Shown here: piece after piece, positions 51,446-64,000 of the stretch
Layout: each line of letters begins with the position of its first letter
Position numbering within the stretch: position 1 is the first letter of the stretch
DNA from: Octopus vulgaris
Lineage: Eukaryota
Assembly (NCBI GenBank): GCA_951406725.2
Contig: OX597815.1
Coordinates: 187,922,001 to 187,986,000 of the forward strand
Direction: 5' to 3'
DNA: 64,000 bases
Program-made: the position numbers and the translations under genes
Notes under the pieces: generated by a model
What the model saw: the letters and a program-made list of their open reading frames with translations, nothing else
Database searches by the model: none
Told to the model about the DNA's origin: nothing

Positions 51446-52085
51446 AGGCTTCCTTTAGTTTCTATCTGCCAAATCCAGCCACAAGGCATTGGTTGGCCTG
51501 AAGCTAACATAGAAAACACTTGTCCAACACGCCTGCAATTTGATTTGAGTGGTAGGCCTAATAAGTCACCCTGTTTAACACCACCACCGCTTGGCTCTTG
51601 AATGCTTTGGCAGCATTAATTCTATTGTAAACATTCAGACCAGGTTTCTGGCCAGAGAATAACTCATAATCTTGATGGACTACTTCTTACTACAGCAATC
51701 CATACTTTATGGCTTCCTGCTGTCTCTCACCAATTTCCAAGACCTAGAAAGCTCATGAGTGCCGAACCATTCTTCCCTGACAAAGCAATTTTGTTTTCCT
51801 AATGTGTGTGTGTGTGTATAGAGTTGTTCAGGTACAAAAGCAACTGCTGCAAGATTATTTTTTATAACAGCTGAGCAGAAGTAAGAAGTTTCACAGGAAT
51901 GTATTAAAAGTTAATTTTTAAAATGCTAACAGCTATTAAAAACGAACTAGTGCATACATACATAGGAGTACATACATGCATACATACATGCATACATACA
52001 TACATAAATGCATACATATATACCTATATAAATGCATACATACATACATACATGCATACATACATACATAAATACATACATACAA

Positions 52086-52256
52086 GGCACAGGAGTGGCT
52101 GTGTGGTAAGTAGCTTGCTGACCAACCACATGGTTCCGGGTTCAGTCCCACTGCGTGGCATCTTGGACAAGTGTCTTCTGCTATAGCCCCGGGTCGACCA
52201 ATGCCTTGTGAGTGGATTTGGTAGACGGAAACTGAAAGAAGCCTGTCGTATATATG

Positions 52257-52299
<43 letters not shown>

Positions 52300-52510
52300 T
52301 TGTGTGTCTGTGTTTGTCCCCCCTAGCACTGCTTGACAACCGATGCTGGTGTGTTTACGTCCCCGTCACTTAGTGGTTCGGCAAAAGAGACCGATAGAAT
52401 AAGTACTGGGCTTACAAACAATAAGTCCCGGGGTCGATTTGCTCGACTAAAGGCAGTGCTCCAGCATGGCCGCAGTCAAATGACTGAAACAAGTAAAAGA
52501 GTAAAAGAGA
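52086..52510 (+). mobile_element. Family A SINE within (TACA)n
   Basis: Full head and tail. Confidence 0.9.
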
Positions 52511-52631
52511 GTATGCATACATACATACATACATGCATACATACACACAAGCATAAACACACAGGCATAAACACATACATGCATGTAATTATATATATGT
52601 GTATGTATATATATATGAATGTGCGTGCACA

Positions 52632-52664
<33 letters not shown>

Positions 52665-53084
52665 GTGAATGTGTGTGTGTATGGAAGGTGGATGATAAAC
52701 AATGATGATGATCTCACACACTCACACACACATATGAGATGGTGTTGTTCTGAAAGTATTGAAAGAAATTAATGTGCAGCAGACTACCACAACTAATTCA
52801 AAGTTAGATGGGTTTACATGTCATCAACTATATCCCCACATTAACAAAACAGTACCCTGTGTTTATTTCACTACTTTGCCAATGTATTTAGATCCATTCT
52901 CCATACTGATGCATCTAAATTCTCTTAACTTACAAACCACAAGAGGAACTGCTAATTTTAAACTGGAAACAAATTGTATCCTTTAATATTTTAAGAAAAA
53001 AAAACCCCGGCTCAAATTCTAGTAAATATCTCTGTTCTGTTGATAAAGTTGTATTTATTTCCTTTCATTTATTTCTTTATTGGC

Positions 53085-53472
53085 TTTATTTATTTCTTTA
53101 TTGCCCACAGGGGGCTAAACATAGAGGGGACAAACAAGGACTGACAAACGGGTTAAGTTGATTACATCGACCCCAGTGCATAACTGGTACTTATTTAATC
53201 GATCCCAAAAGGATGAAAGGCAAAGTTGACCTCGGTGTAATTTGAACTCAGAACGTAACGGTAGACGACATGCCGCAAGGCAGTTCGCCTAGCCTGCTAA
53301 CGATTGTGCCAGTTCGCCGCCCTTTCTTTGAACAACAGGGATCACCACCACTCCCTGCCAGAGCCTCGTGGAGCTTTAAGTGTTTTTGCTCAATAAATAC
53401 ACACAACGCCTGGTCTGGGAATCGAAACCACGATCCTCCGACCACAAGTCCACTGCCCTAACCACTAGGCCA
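53085..53472 (-). mobile_element. Family C SINE plus a tRNA-SINE head
   Basis: Reverse complement of 51083-51313, followed by a head matching 56790-56940. Confidence 0.8.
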
Positions 53473-53818
53473 TTACCTCCACCTTTGCTAAGGCGGAGGT
53501 ATTGTTTTTAGTCATGTTTGTTTGCTTGTTTGTCCGTGGACAAGATATCTCAAGAACTGCTGGATGGATTTGGATAAAACTTTCATGGATGTTTGGCCTC
53601 ATGACTGGCACAAACTGATTAGGTTTTGGAATCGATCCATTACCGGGTAAGGATTCTTGATTATTTTTCCGTTTCTTTTACTCAATTTCTGAGAAGAGTC
53701 AGGTTCAATTTTAGTATTCTCATTTGTGAGAGCAGTCGAGTTTATTTCAGATATTCTCATTTTAAAAATCATCTCTGGCTAATCGTTGAGAGGACATTGG
53801 TATTGAGTGTACTTGTTT
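53473..53818 (+). mobile_element. Helentron-associated (DINE/HINE-like) non-autonomous element
   Basis: TTACCTCCACC..GGCGGAGGTA sub-terminal palindrome, (GTTT)n, GATATCTCAAGAACTGCTGGATGGATTT core. Confidence 0.6.
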
Positions 53819-54091
53819 ACTATATTATTTTATTACTATAACGATTTGTGTTTGTTGTGTTCTGAAGTGTATATTTTAATACTGAATTTCTCAAAGCAGT
53901 GTCCCAGTATAACCAAGACCAGAGCTCAGTTTAGAACGGATCTGTTCAAAACATCATGATTTAGAAAGCCAGCTCTGATAGAATAAACTGACTTTATATT
54001 TGCAGTCTTTCATAAAAATATTATCAGAAATATTGCATTAACTAATAAAGTGCAAATATGACATTATCAACTTATGAATATTATCAGGCAT

Positions 54092-54137
<46 letters not shown>

Positions 54138-54466
54138 CAGCAGCAGTAGCAGCAGCAACAGAAGAGGCAGCAGCAGCAGTAGTTGTAGTAGTAGAAGTGG
54201 TAGTAGTAGTTGTAGTAGAAGTAGTAGTAGTAGTAGTAATAGCAGCAGCAGCAGTTGTAGTAGTAGTAGAAGTAGTAGTAGTAGTTGTAGTAGAAGTAGT
54301 AGTAGTAGTCGTAAAAGTAGTAGTAGTAGTAGTAATAATAGTAATAATAATAATAGTAGTAGTAGTAGTAGTAAAAGTAGTAGTAGTAGAAGTAGTAGTA
54401 GTAGTAAAAGTAGTAGTAGTAGTAGTAGCAGTAGCAGCAGCAGTAGTAGTAGTAGTAGCAGCAGCA
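54092..54466. repeat. (GTA)n/(GCA)n trinucleotide microsatellite
   Basis: Directly visible; generates poly-S, V, L and Y pseudo-ORFs. Confidence 0.95.
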
Positions 54467-54818
54467 TAGTGACATGCATTCTAACAACACATTGCTGCAT
54501 CTAGTATTTGTTGGTGACTCCCTGCTCTTGGTAGATGGCACCTTTGTGCCACCCAGGTGACAACTCTCCAACCCATGGGACTATCTGTAGTGACCATTTG
54601 TGAGGGTTTTATGAGTTCGGAGTGTAAATCCTACCTCAACCTCTTTTAGTTGCCTTTTTACAGCATGTAAAGGAAATGTTGGGTCTATTTTCTGGTATGT
54701 CGGTCCCCTCATAGTATAGAACAACATGAAAGGAAGTGTTTTGCTCAAGAACACAACATGCCACCCAGTCTGGGTATTGAAACCATAATCTAGTGATCAT
54801 GAATGTAACACCCTAACC

Positions 54819-55116
54819 CAGGGGTTCCCAACCTTATTTTGCTTGTGGGCCCCCTGAGAGCTGTTTTATCATCTGTGGACCCCATATATGCATGTGTAAA
54901 TCTTTGAAATAAAATATTTGTTTGTAGGTTATAGAAAGAAAGGTAGGCCAAAGAACTTGTGGCGTAGATCAACACAAAAGGAACTAGAGGTACAAAAGGT
55001 ACAGAAGCGGAAACAGTTTCATTATATAAGCAAAATTTCTATATGGACCCACAAATTACCATTTTTAACTCATGGACCCCCTTAAAGCTTCTGTGGGCTC
55101 CCGTTGGGAACCCCTG
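54819..55116. mobile_element. hAT-type MITE inserted in a SINE
   Basis: CAGGGGTTCCCAAC / GTTGGGAACCCCTG TIRs; 8-bp TSD CCCTAACC. Confidence 0.92.
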
Positions 55117-56789
55117 CCCTAACCACTAGGCTATGTGCCTTCACATAAAATATAGTAATGAAATAAAATAGTTTGTGTGTATGTGTGTGCGTGCATGTGT
55201 GTTCTGTATGCACTCATGTGTGTGCGTGTGTGTGTGTGTGAATATGTGTGCACATGCAGGCACATAATGGAACAAATTCAACCCCTCATTGCATTCTATA
55301 TTTAACTCAGTTTCCTTGATTGTTTCCCTTGCCACTTTTTACCAGAATTAGTCATTCTGATAATGATTGTCCTTATCATTAAGGTTTCAATTTTAATTAA
55401 TTAAAACACCATAGCTTTCAATGTAACGTATGACAATACACACTGTACTATTATACTTCCACATCTGCTTAACATGTTAAATATGTAATTATCTATGTTG
55501 TTATTTTTTTTTTTCAGCAGTAGCTGTTTTGAAATAAAATTTCCCTTCTGCTACTCCTAACAACACTTAAATCTTCTGTGTTCATTATTAAGTTTCAGCC
55601 TTGAGGAAAAAATTTATTGTATTTTTCTGTTTTTAAATTTTTGCTTGGTTTAGAATTTTGTTGAAGAACTAATTTTAGTTTTCGGCATTTACCTCGTTGT
55701 ATCTGTGCCAATCCACTTCAGTTTAGATGAATGAGTTGTATCATTCATCAATATCATAATTAGGTTTATTTTTATTCACTAATTTGCATCCTACAATTCA
55801 CATTCGATATTTTAAGATTCTGCATTTTATTTAATAAAATAACTACTTTATTTCAAAAAGTCTTCACTCTTTTATCAACTTTGCTGCAAATTTCATTGTT
55901 GTTTAAATGTAAAACAAAATAGATGCGTTTGTATGCTGCAGCAAGGCAGGAAAAAAAAAATGAAAATCAAATAAAATTCTACATTTTGTTTAGGTTCGAA
56001 TAAAAAAAACAAAAGATGCCTGTAATAGAAATCAAAAGCAATTGAAGATAACTAAATTTGCATAAAAACAAAACAAAAACAATATAGCAAATTGAAAAAA
56101 AAAAAGGTATGAAAATGTGTTGATCTGTAAAAATAAAGAGAAAGGAAAAACAGCAAACTATAGGCATTAAAATCAGTCTAATCAACCAATGAGCAAGCTG
56201 ATAGGATTTACACCTGTACTATCTTTGTAACCAGATTTTCTTCAGCTCATGACTAAGTTTAATGGCTTAGCATTCAATGAATTTACTATATTAATTGACT
56301 AGTTTTAGCAGTTTAGCTTTGCACTCAACATTTTATTGTGGCTTCTAAACCTAACACTGCGGGTAAAAATCACTTTAGATTGTTTAATTTTGTGTGTGCC
56401 TAGTATTTCTTTCTAAAATGTTGCTTGTTTTTATACATATGTATATATATATATATATATATATATCACCACGATCACTGTGACCGACCATCGCTGGTCA
56501 CAATGCGCTTCGCATTGTTTTAGCCTTCAAATGACGCCACCCCGCTGGCTAAGCGAGCAGGTCAACAGAAGAAAGAGTGAGAGAAAGTTGTGGGGAAAGA
56601 GGTTTAGGTGTTTTCGCTCAATAAACACTCACAATGCCCGGTCTGGGAATCGAAACTGCGATCCTAAGACCATGAGTCCGCTGCCCTAACCACTGGGCCA
56701 TTAATCGAAACTGCGATCATAAGACCATGAGTCCGCTGCCCTAACCACTGGGCCATTGTGCCTCCACATATATATATATATATATATAT

Positions 56790-57172
56790 GGGGAGTCGCA
56801 ATGGCCCAGTGGTTAGGGCAGCGGACTCGTGGTCATAGGATCGCGGTTTCGTTTCCCAGACCGGGCGTTGTGAGTGTTTATTGAGCGAAAAATACCTAAA
56901 GTTCCACGAGGCTCCAGCAGGGATGGTGGTGATCCCTGCTGTACTCTTTCACCACAACTTTCTCTCACTCTTACTTCCTGTTTCTGTTGTACCTGTATTT
57001 CAAAGGGCCGGCCTTGTCACTCTCTGTGTCACGCTGAATCTCCCTGAGAACTACGTTAAGGGTACACGTGTCTGTGGAGTGCTCAGCCACTTACATGTTA
57101 ATTTCACGAGCAGGCTGTTCCGTTGATCGGATCAACCGGAACCCTCGTCATCGTAACCGACAGAGTGCTTCC
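56790..57172 (+). mobile_element. tRNA-derived SINE (family E tail), head-to-head with a related copy at 56467-56767
   Basis: TGGCCCAGTGGTTAGGGCAGCGGACTCG...GGTTTCGTTTCCC head. Confidence 0.85.
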
Positions 57173-57515
57173 ATATATATATATCCTTTTTATATGATTA
57201 TTAGAAAATTAGAAGGAAAATAATTTATTTCTCAGGAATCTTGTGCAGACTGATTAGTTTTGTATTTCTTGTCTAGAAAACAATACTCTGATGTTCACAG
57301 CTGTTGCATAAATAAACTGACAATTTAACCATTTCCCTTTTTATTAGATCTTATAAACAAAATCAAATTTTTAGAAAAATACCTATATTCAGATACTCTT
57401 TTATATTCACAGTAACCAGATTTGACCTCTCACACCTACCCTACAATTTCATTCTGACAGGCACGTCATCGAAATCTTAATAGTCCTTTCTGCTATTCAT
57501 TAACCATGATGATAT

Positions 57516-57928
57516 TACTCTTTACTCTTTTCCTTGTTTCAGTCCTTTGACTGTGGCCATGCTGGAGCACCGGCTTTAGTCGAGGAAATCAACCCCAGGA
57601 CTTATTCTTTGTAAGCCTAGTACTTATTCTATTGGTCTCTTTTACCAAACTGCTAAGTTACAGGGACGTAAACACACCAGCATCGGTTGTCAAGTGATGT
57701 TGGAGGGACAAACACAGACATATAAACACACACACATATATATATATATTTATATACGCATATACAACGGGCTTCTTTCAGTTTCCATCTACTAATTCTA
57801 CTCACAAGGCTTTGGTCGGCCCGAGGTTATAGTAGAAGACACTTGCCCAAGGTGCCATGCAGTGGGACCTAACCCGGAACTATGTGGTTGGTAAGCAAGT
57901 TACTTACCACACAGCCACTTCTATGCCT
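57516..57928 (-). mobile_element. Family A SINE
   Basis: Matches 4063-4481. Confidence 0.88.
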
Positions 57929-58130
57929 ATATCTAAATGTTACAAATTTGTTCTTAAAGCCATTATTTTTCCTGATCAATTTGGTTCTAACTCAACACTC
58001 TCACATGTAACAAACCTTCTTCCAAACTCTTCTCCAATTGATTTATAACATAATCAATTGCAAACTACAAACACATCTCTGATCACTTCAAGGCAACAAA
58101 TGGGATGACTTGATGGTATCCCATTTATCA

Positions 58131-58545
58131 GGCAGTGAGCTGGCAGAAACGTTAGCACGCCGGGCGAAATGCGTAGCTGTATTTTGTCTGCCGTTATGTT
58201 CTGTGTTCAAATTCTGCCGAGGTCGACTTTGCCTTTCATCCTTTCGGAGTCGATAAATTAAGTACCAGTTATGCACTGGGGTCAATGTAATCGACTTAAT
58301 CCCTTTGTCTGATTTTGTTTGTCCCCTCTATGTTTAGCCCCTTGTGGGTAGTAAAGAAATAGGTATTTTGTCTGCCGCTACGTTCTGAGTTCAAATTCCG
58401 CCGAGGTCGACTTTGCCTTTCATCCTTTCGGGGTTGATTAAATAAGTACCAGTTACGCACTGGGGTCAATGTAATCGACTTAATATGTGTGTCTGTCCTT
58501 GTTTGTCCCCTCTGTGTTTAGCCCCTTGTAGGTAGTAAAGAAATA
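58131..58545 (+). mobile_element. Family C SINE, head plus two tandem body units
   Basis: 13-bp TSD GGTATCCCATTTA. Confidence 0.85.
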
Positions 58546-59192
58546 GGTATCCCATTTAGTACTCTCAAACCATGAACTTCAGAGGCAGTTCCTATATTCA
58601 CCAAACATGAATATCAGCTGCACCAATTTCACCTAATTTGAAGGGCCTAACAAGCATCATAAACGCTGGACCTTCTTCTCTGGATAACTAATAAAAATGG
58701 TAAATATTTATAAGGCCTAATATTTTTGATGACTTTACAAACTTGAACATATGCATATATTCTAAAGGTCAAAGAGAAAAGAAAAAAAAAATAATCATTA
58801 AAAGTAGAAAGACAAGTAGGGTTATGATGTGTAATATATCAGAAATTCTGTTCAATACCTGGATTTTGCACATTCAGTGATGCATAAGATTGTCAAAATA
58901 ATTAGACATTCTGAAGCAAAACTGGTTTTGATTTGTTTCTCTATTATAGGAAAGCAACAAGATTTATCCCTGCTGAGTAAAATGCAAATGTTTTATAAAT
59001 AAAGAAGAGTGGCGAAAACCACAACAATCTATACGAAAGAGAAAAATAAATCTATTCGCAATATTTCAGCTTCACTAAGTCCTAATCATGAAATGAAAAT
59101 TCCATGGAAAATCTTAAATTCTAGCAATAACAAAATATTGTGCCATTTGCATATATATGTATGTGTGTGTGTGTGAGTGTGCATGTGTGTGA

Positions 59193-59223
<31 letters not shown>

Positions 59224-60224
59224 GGTGTGTGTGTATGCATACTGCACTGAACAGAGAATAAGCAGCGTATTAAATATTAGATACATTTCAAAATGTTAAA
59301 AATGCTTGGAGTCCAATAAAAGTTTGTCTTTTAAATCTCCACTTTAAAATTTTATGCAGTTTATGTGTTAATATACATAATTTTATTAAATAGTATTTGA
59401 TATAGTTGTTGTTGTTGTTGTTCTTATTTAGTCCCAGGTTAGTTCTGACTGAACAAATTCATGATCAACATGCGTACCAGAAGTGACCATCCAATCTTTT
59501 TCCGATGAGCAGCAAAATCAAAATCACATTATTTACAGTCTCCTTTGGTAAGATGGCATGGATGCGCGTGGCTTAGTGGTTAGGGAGTCAGCATCATGAT
59601 CGTAAGATTGTGGTTTTGATTCCTGGACTGGGTGACACGTGTTCTTGAGCAAAACACTTCATTTGACGTTGCTCCAGTCCACTACGCTGGCAAAAATGAG
59701 CAACGCTGTGATGGACTGGCGTCCCATCCAGCTGGGGAAAACATATGCTATTGAAACCAGGAAACCGGGCACATAAGCCTGGCTAGGTTTTAAAAGGCTG
59801 GATTTATATATTTTATTATTGGTAAGGTAGTAAGGTATGATTTGAGGGATATTTTAGCCATTGACAACCTATATTTGCTAATTTAATTTTGTCATATAAA
59901 TGAAATTTTAAATTTAATTTAAATACACTTTTTCTTATTACACAATCACACGCTGGTGTGTTTGTGTGATAAGGAGCTTTGCTTCCCAACCATGGACTGA
60001 ACCTGGAACCACATGGTTGAGAAGCAAAGCTTCTTACCACTCAACCACACCAGCACATGTTTGTGTAAAGATATAAAGTGTATTTAAATTAAATAATAAA
60101 TTTCATTTATATGACAAATTAAATTTGCAAATATGGGTTCCGAATGGCCAAACTTCATCCTCCACATGTGTTCAGGGAAGCAGATTGAGAACAATGCATT
60201 GTTTATTCCACATGATTTCCTTGT

Positions 60225-60574
60225 TGCTAGAAGAATTGTATTTTAGTTCAGTTCTATATTTAAAAGATGAGGAATTCTTTACATTTGACGGATATTTGTC
60301 CTCATCTTGTTTGCTGTTAACACAACATTTTGGCTGATATACCCTCCAGCCTTCATCAGGTGTCTTGGGGAAAATTTTGAACCTGGGTTCTTATTCCTAA
60401 GGTATTTTTTGATGTTATTATTATTATTATTGTTGTTATTATTCAGTCATTGCCTGGAATCGAACTTGGAATCTTGGGGTTAGTAGTCCTCCACTCTTAA
60501 CCACTATGCCATATGCCTGTGGGCATAGCGGTTAAGAGTGTGGGCTACTAACCCCAAGATTCCGCGTTCGATTC
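60225..60574 (-). mobile_element. tRNA-headed hammerhead element (second copy) with a longer 5' fold-back
   Basis: Reverse-complement match to 47528-47818; the hammerhead at 60319-60364 has GAAAC>AAAAT (CpG-type decay). Confidence 0.75.
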
Positions 60575-61465
60575 TTATGATGTAATTAAGATCTCAGTGA
60601 TTTTTAAGAAGATGCTAAATATTTTTGTCTACTCACATACAGTCTGCTTTGTGATTCTTTCATCACTATTTTGGCAATTACATCAAAATCTGTTTTGCTG
60701 AGGAGGTTTTATATGACAGAAACATACCCAGAGTTGTATAACATTAATCATTAAACTAATGTCTTCTCTCACTGCCATAATTATTTATATTTTCTTTATG
60801 CCCATTACATTAAATATGCTAACATCAATTTATCTTTTATTGAATCTTGAAATAATAACATTTTTTTAAGTAAAGTTCTTGCATGTTATATTCTCATAAC
60901 CGTTGAGAGTATGTTGAATAAAATGTAATGCATTAAAGTAATTTTTCAAAACAAGGACCCCCAACTCCTTTCTCTCACCTCCATCCCAAAATAAAACAAA
61001 GAATATTATTGAATAAATAACAATAGAATTTCGTTATTTTATGCTTATTTTTATACAAGTACTAAAAACATTCAGTTTTTTTTTTCTCCTTAGATGCTTG
61101 ATGGAAATGGCCCAATTGATTTTTTTGCTTCATTTACCAGATAACAATAAATTAACTGGATTAGTAAAATATTTCAAAACAGAAAATGAAAAAAGTAAAA
61201 CAACTAAAAGAAATTCCTTTTAAAATTCATAACATTTTTATTATCACACATCTTGTTGACTCTATTAAACATAAATGGATATTTGAAAACTATTTTTACT
61301 GTGCAGAAATAGTTACTGTATATAGTAATGGACATCTTGGTATGAGAAACAGGATCATCATTATTTATTGGTTTCAAATTTTGGCACAAGGCCAGCAAGC
61401 TCAGGAGAAGGGGGTAAGTCAATTACATTGACTCCAGTACTCCACTGGTATTTATTTTATTGACC

Positions 61466-61846
61466 TTCATCATCATCGTTTAGCGTCCGCTTTCCATGCT
61501 AGCATGGGTTGGACAGTTCAACTGGGGACTGGGAAGCCAGAAGGCTGCACCAGGCCCAGTCTGATCTGGCAATGTTTCTACGGCTGGATGCCCTTCCTAA
61601 CGCCAACCACTCCATGAGTGTAGTGGGTGCTTTTTACATGCCACCGGCACAGGTGCCAGACGAGTCTGGCAAACTGCCACGATCGGATGGTGCTTTTTAT
61701 GTGCCACCGGCACGGGGGCCAGGCGATGCTAGCAACAGCCACAAACGGATGGTACTTTTTACGTGCCACCGGCACGAGGCCAGTCGGGGCGGCGCTGGCA
61801 ATGGCCACATTCGGATGGTTCTCTTACGTGCCGCCGGCACTGGTAT
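61466..61846 (-). mobile_element. Family B retroposon nested in a family C-type SINE
   Basis: The flanks rejoin as TTTATTGACC | ..GAAAGGATAAAAGGCAAAGTTGACC. Confidence 0.8.
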
Positions 61847-62437
61847 CTCAGGAAAGGATAAAAGGCAAAGTTGACCTTGGTGGAATTTGAACCCAGGATG
61901 TAAAGATGGATGGAATGCTGCTGAGCATTTTGCATGGTGTGCTAGCAGGATCATCATCATTTATTGGCTACAATGTCCACATGTGTTGAGCATAGTAAGG
62001 GACATACCACACTGTCCATTCCATAATCAGCATCTTAATTACATCAGCAGTTGTGACACTATTATTTTCCACCAGGGTCTTCTTTTGGAAGGACATCCAT
62101 CATTGATCCTATCATGGGTTATAAGGATCTCATGTGATAACATGTATCGTGGGTTTTCTTGGCTTATTTAAATCTATGTGTTGTTGTACAACCTGAGATC
62201 ATCAAGCAAATATGAATTCAAAAACTTTCAAACCACGATCATCTTATATTATTACCAGACATTGTATTTATGATAACATTATCCAATATGTATTTTTCTC
62301 AGACAGTAAGGTGTGCTTCATGGAAATTTTAGCCGCTAGTTCTAGTAGGCTGAGCCATCACATAAAAATTCCTTCTGAACCGAGGTGAAAATGAACATAA
62401 ATACCCATTAGCAACTCAAAAAGAGTTTTGTAGGGAT

Positions 62438-62999
62438 CAAAATCAAAATCGATGACTGGCATCTGTGCTAGCAGGGTGCAAAGAGCACCATACGAGCATA
62501 ATCATTGACAGAGCGGCTAACTGGCTTCCGTGCCAGTGGCACTTAAAAGGCACCATTCAAGCGTGATCGTTACCAGCGTCACCTTACTAGCAACTTGTGC
62601 CCGTGCTAGCAGGGTGCCAATAGCACCATCCGAGTGTGATCGTTGCCAGAACAGCCAACTGGCTTCCGTGCCAGTGGCACGTAAAAGGGCACCATTCGAG
62701 CGTGATCGTTACCAACATTGCCTTACTGGCATCTGTGCTGATGGCATGTGTAAAAAGATTCGAGCGAGGTCGTTGCCAGTACCGCCTGACTGGCCCCTGT
62801 GCTGGTGGCATGTAAAAAGCAACCACTACATTCTTGGAGTGGTTGGCGTTAGGAAGGGCATCCAGCTGTAGAAACTCTGCCAGATTAAGATTGGAGCCTG
62901 GTGCAGTCATCTGGTTCGCCAGCCTTCAGTCAAAATCGTCCAACCCATGCTAGCATGGAAAGCGGACGTTAAACGATGATGATGACGATAATGATGATG
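62438..62999 (+). mobile_element. Family B retroposon flanked by a 100-bp direct repeat
   Basis: 62338-62437 and 63000-63099 are identical except for 3 substitutions. Confidence 0.88.
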
Positions 63000-64000
63000 A
63001 GTTCTAGTAGGCTGAGCCAACACATAAAAGTTCCTTCTGAACCGAGGTGAAAATGAACATAAACACCCATTAGCAACTCAAAAAGAGTTTTGTAGGGATA
63101 TAGGTAAGTTTTACTTTCAAAAGTCTACTATAACTCCAATTTAGAACTATCTGCCAAACAAGATATTACAATTGCAGATTGAGTTTTCTTGTACTCATCT
63201 ATTTTGTTCTTTAGTTATACTTAGCTCTCTTCAGTTCAGCAGGTTTTATTACTTACTACATGAAAAACCAATAGTTGGACACGTACATATTACTAATCCG
63301 TAATAGCTCAAAGCTCTCCCTTCGTCATTTTTTTCTTTTTGTATCTCTTTTTTCCTTCATGTTGATTATATATCTTTGGAATTTATCTGATTTACGTTCC
63401 TTCTCATTTGGTATTTTCCTCTGCTAGTTCTTTGTCTACATTACATTTTTTCTTCTTGTTCTTCTCCCCCCCCCCCCCACCTCATCACATAAATCTATAA
63501 CACCAATATCTGTGGCCAATAAAGTGTTCATAAACCCATCCACAGGCAATTTGTTTTCTCTTGAAAATAATCATTTTCATTACAACCGTAATCCTTCCTC
63601 CAACATTTCTGTTCACCGCTTCTTGCTGATTTAAAACTTACCATCTTATTAAAGTTTTAACAGATCTAAAGTCAGTAATGTTCCTCTCACCGCCTCACCA
63701 CTTACCACGTCACAAAACATTTACCAGTTGCATTCAGTTTAACATGCAGCAAAATAGTTTATTACATCTTGCCGAAATTGCATTATGTAATGGCATCTTT
63801 TTTTGCTGCAGTAGAGATGTTACTACATATTTAGCCTTTATTTATTCATTCATTCATAAAATTGTATAAGAGTGTCATCGGTTGTTTCTTTCAATGTTTA
63901 CATTCTTTGCCATAAAAACAGCAGCAGTTGCACTTTCATTCAGAAGAACTTGCAGTCAATTTCTCAAGGCAATTTTTGTTCCAATGACTATTTCATTTCT

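Noticed and set aside
54038-54571. Poly-Ser, Val, Leu and Tyr/Cys ORFs
   Set aside because: Trinucleotide microsatellite open in several frames.
61094-61143. Acceptor followed by MLDGNGPIDFF, resembling an EF-hand loop
   Set aside because: Stops after 16 codons and has no partner exon; likely chance.
62530-62830. Regularly spaced repeats that look superficially CRISPR-like
   Set aside because: Eukaryotic context, the spacers are mutually homologous, and there are no cas genes; these are retroposon subrepeats.
63642-63665. Minus-strand 24-nt segment between AG and GTAAGT
   Set aside because: Weak polypyrimidine tract and no supporting neighbours; expected by chance in 64 kb.

Overview
AT-rich eukaryotic (animal) genomic DNA made up almost entirely of interspersed repeats and microsatellites. 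From recall, not a search, the repeat complement looks like a coleoid cephalopod of the Octopus type. I found no confidently intact host gene; nearly all ORFs in the track come from microsatellites, SINEs or decayed transposons. Recognisable components: (1) several tRNA-headed SINE families; (2) a (GAT)n-tailed retroposon with internal subrepeats; (3) a ~6.1 kb decayed RepHel Helitron that splits a SINE and has its HUH motif inverted; (4) three short non-autonomous Helitrons; (5) hAT and TTAA (piggyBac-like) MITEs with clear TSDs; (6) a decayed mariner/Tc1 element; (7) LINE fragments (CR1/L2-like, RTE, Tx1/L1, R4/Dong, Hero). The most interesting signal is a set of minimal hammerhead-ribozyme motifs from at least four unrelated sequence families. 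One family joins a tRNA-like Pol III head to the hammerhead and folds back on itself at the same 5' point in two independent copies, making it a candidate Penelope-mobilised ribozyme-SINE. Fold-back inverted duplications are unusually common across the window.
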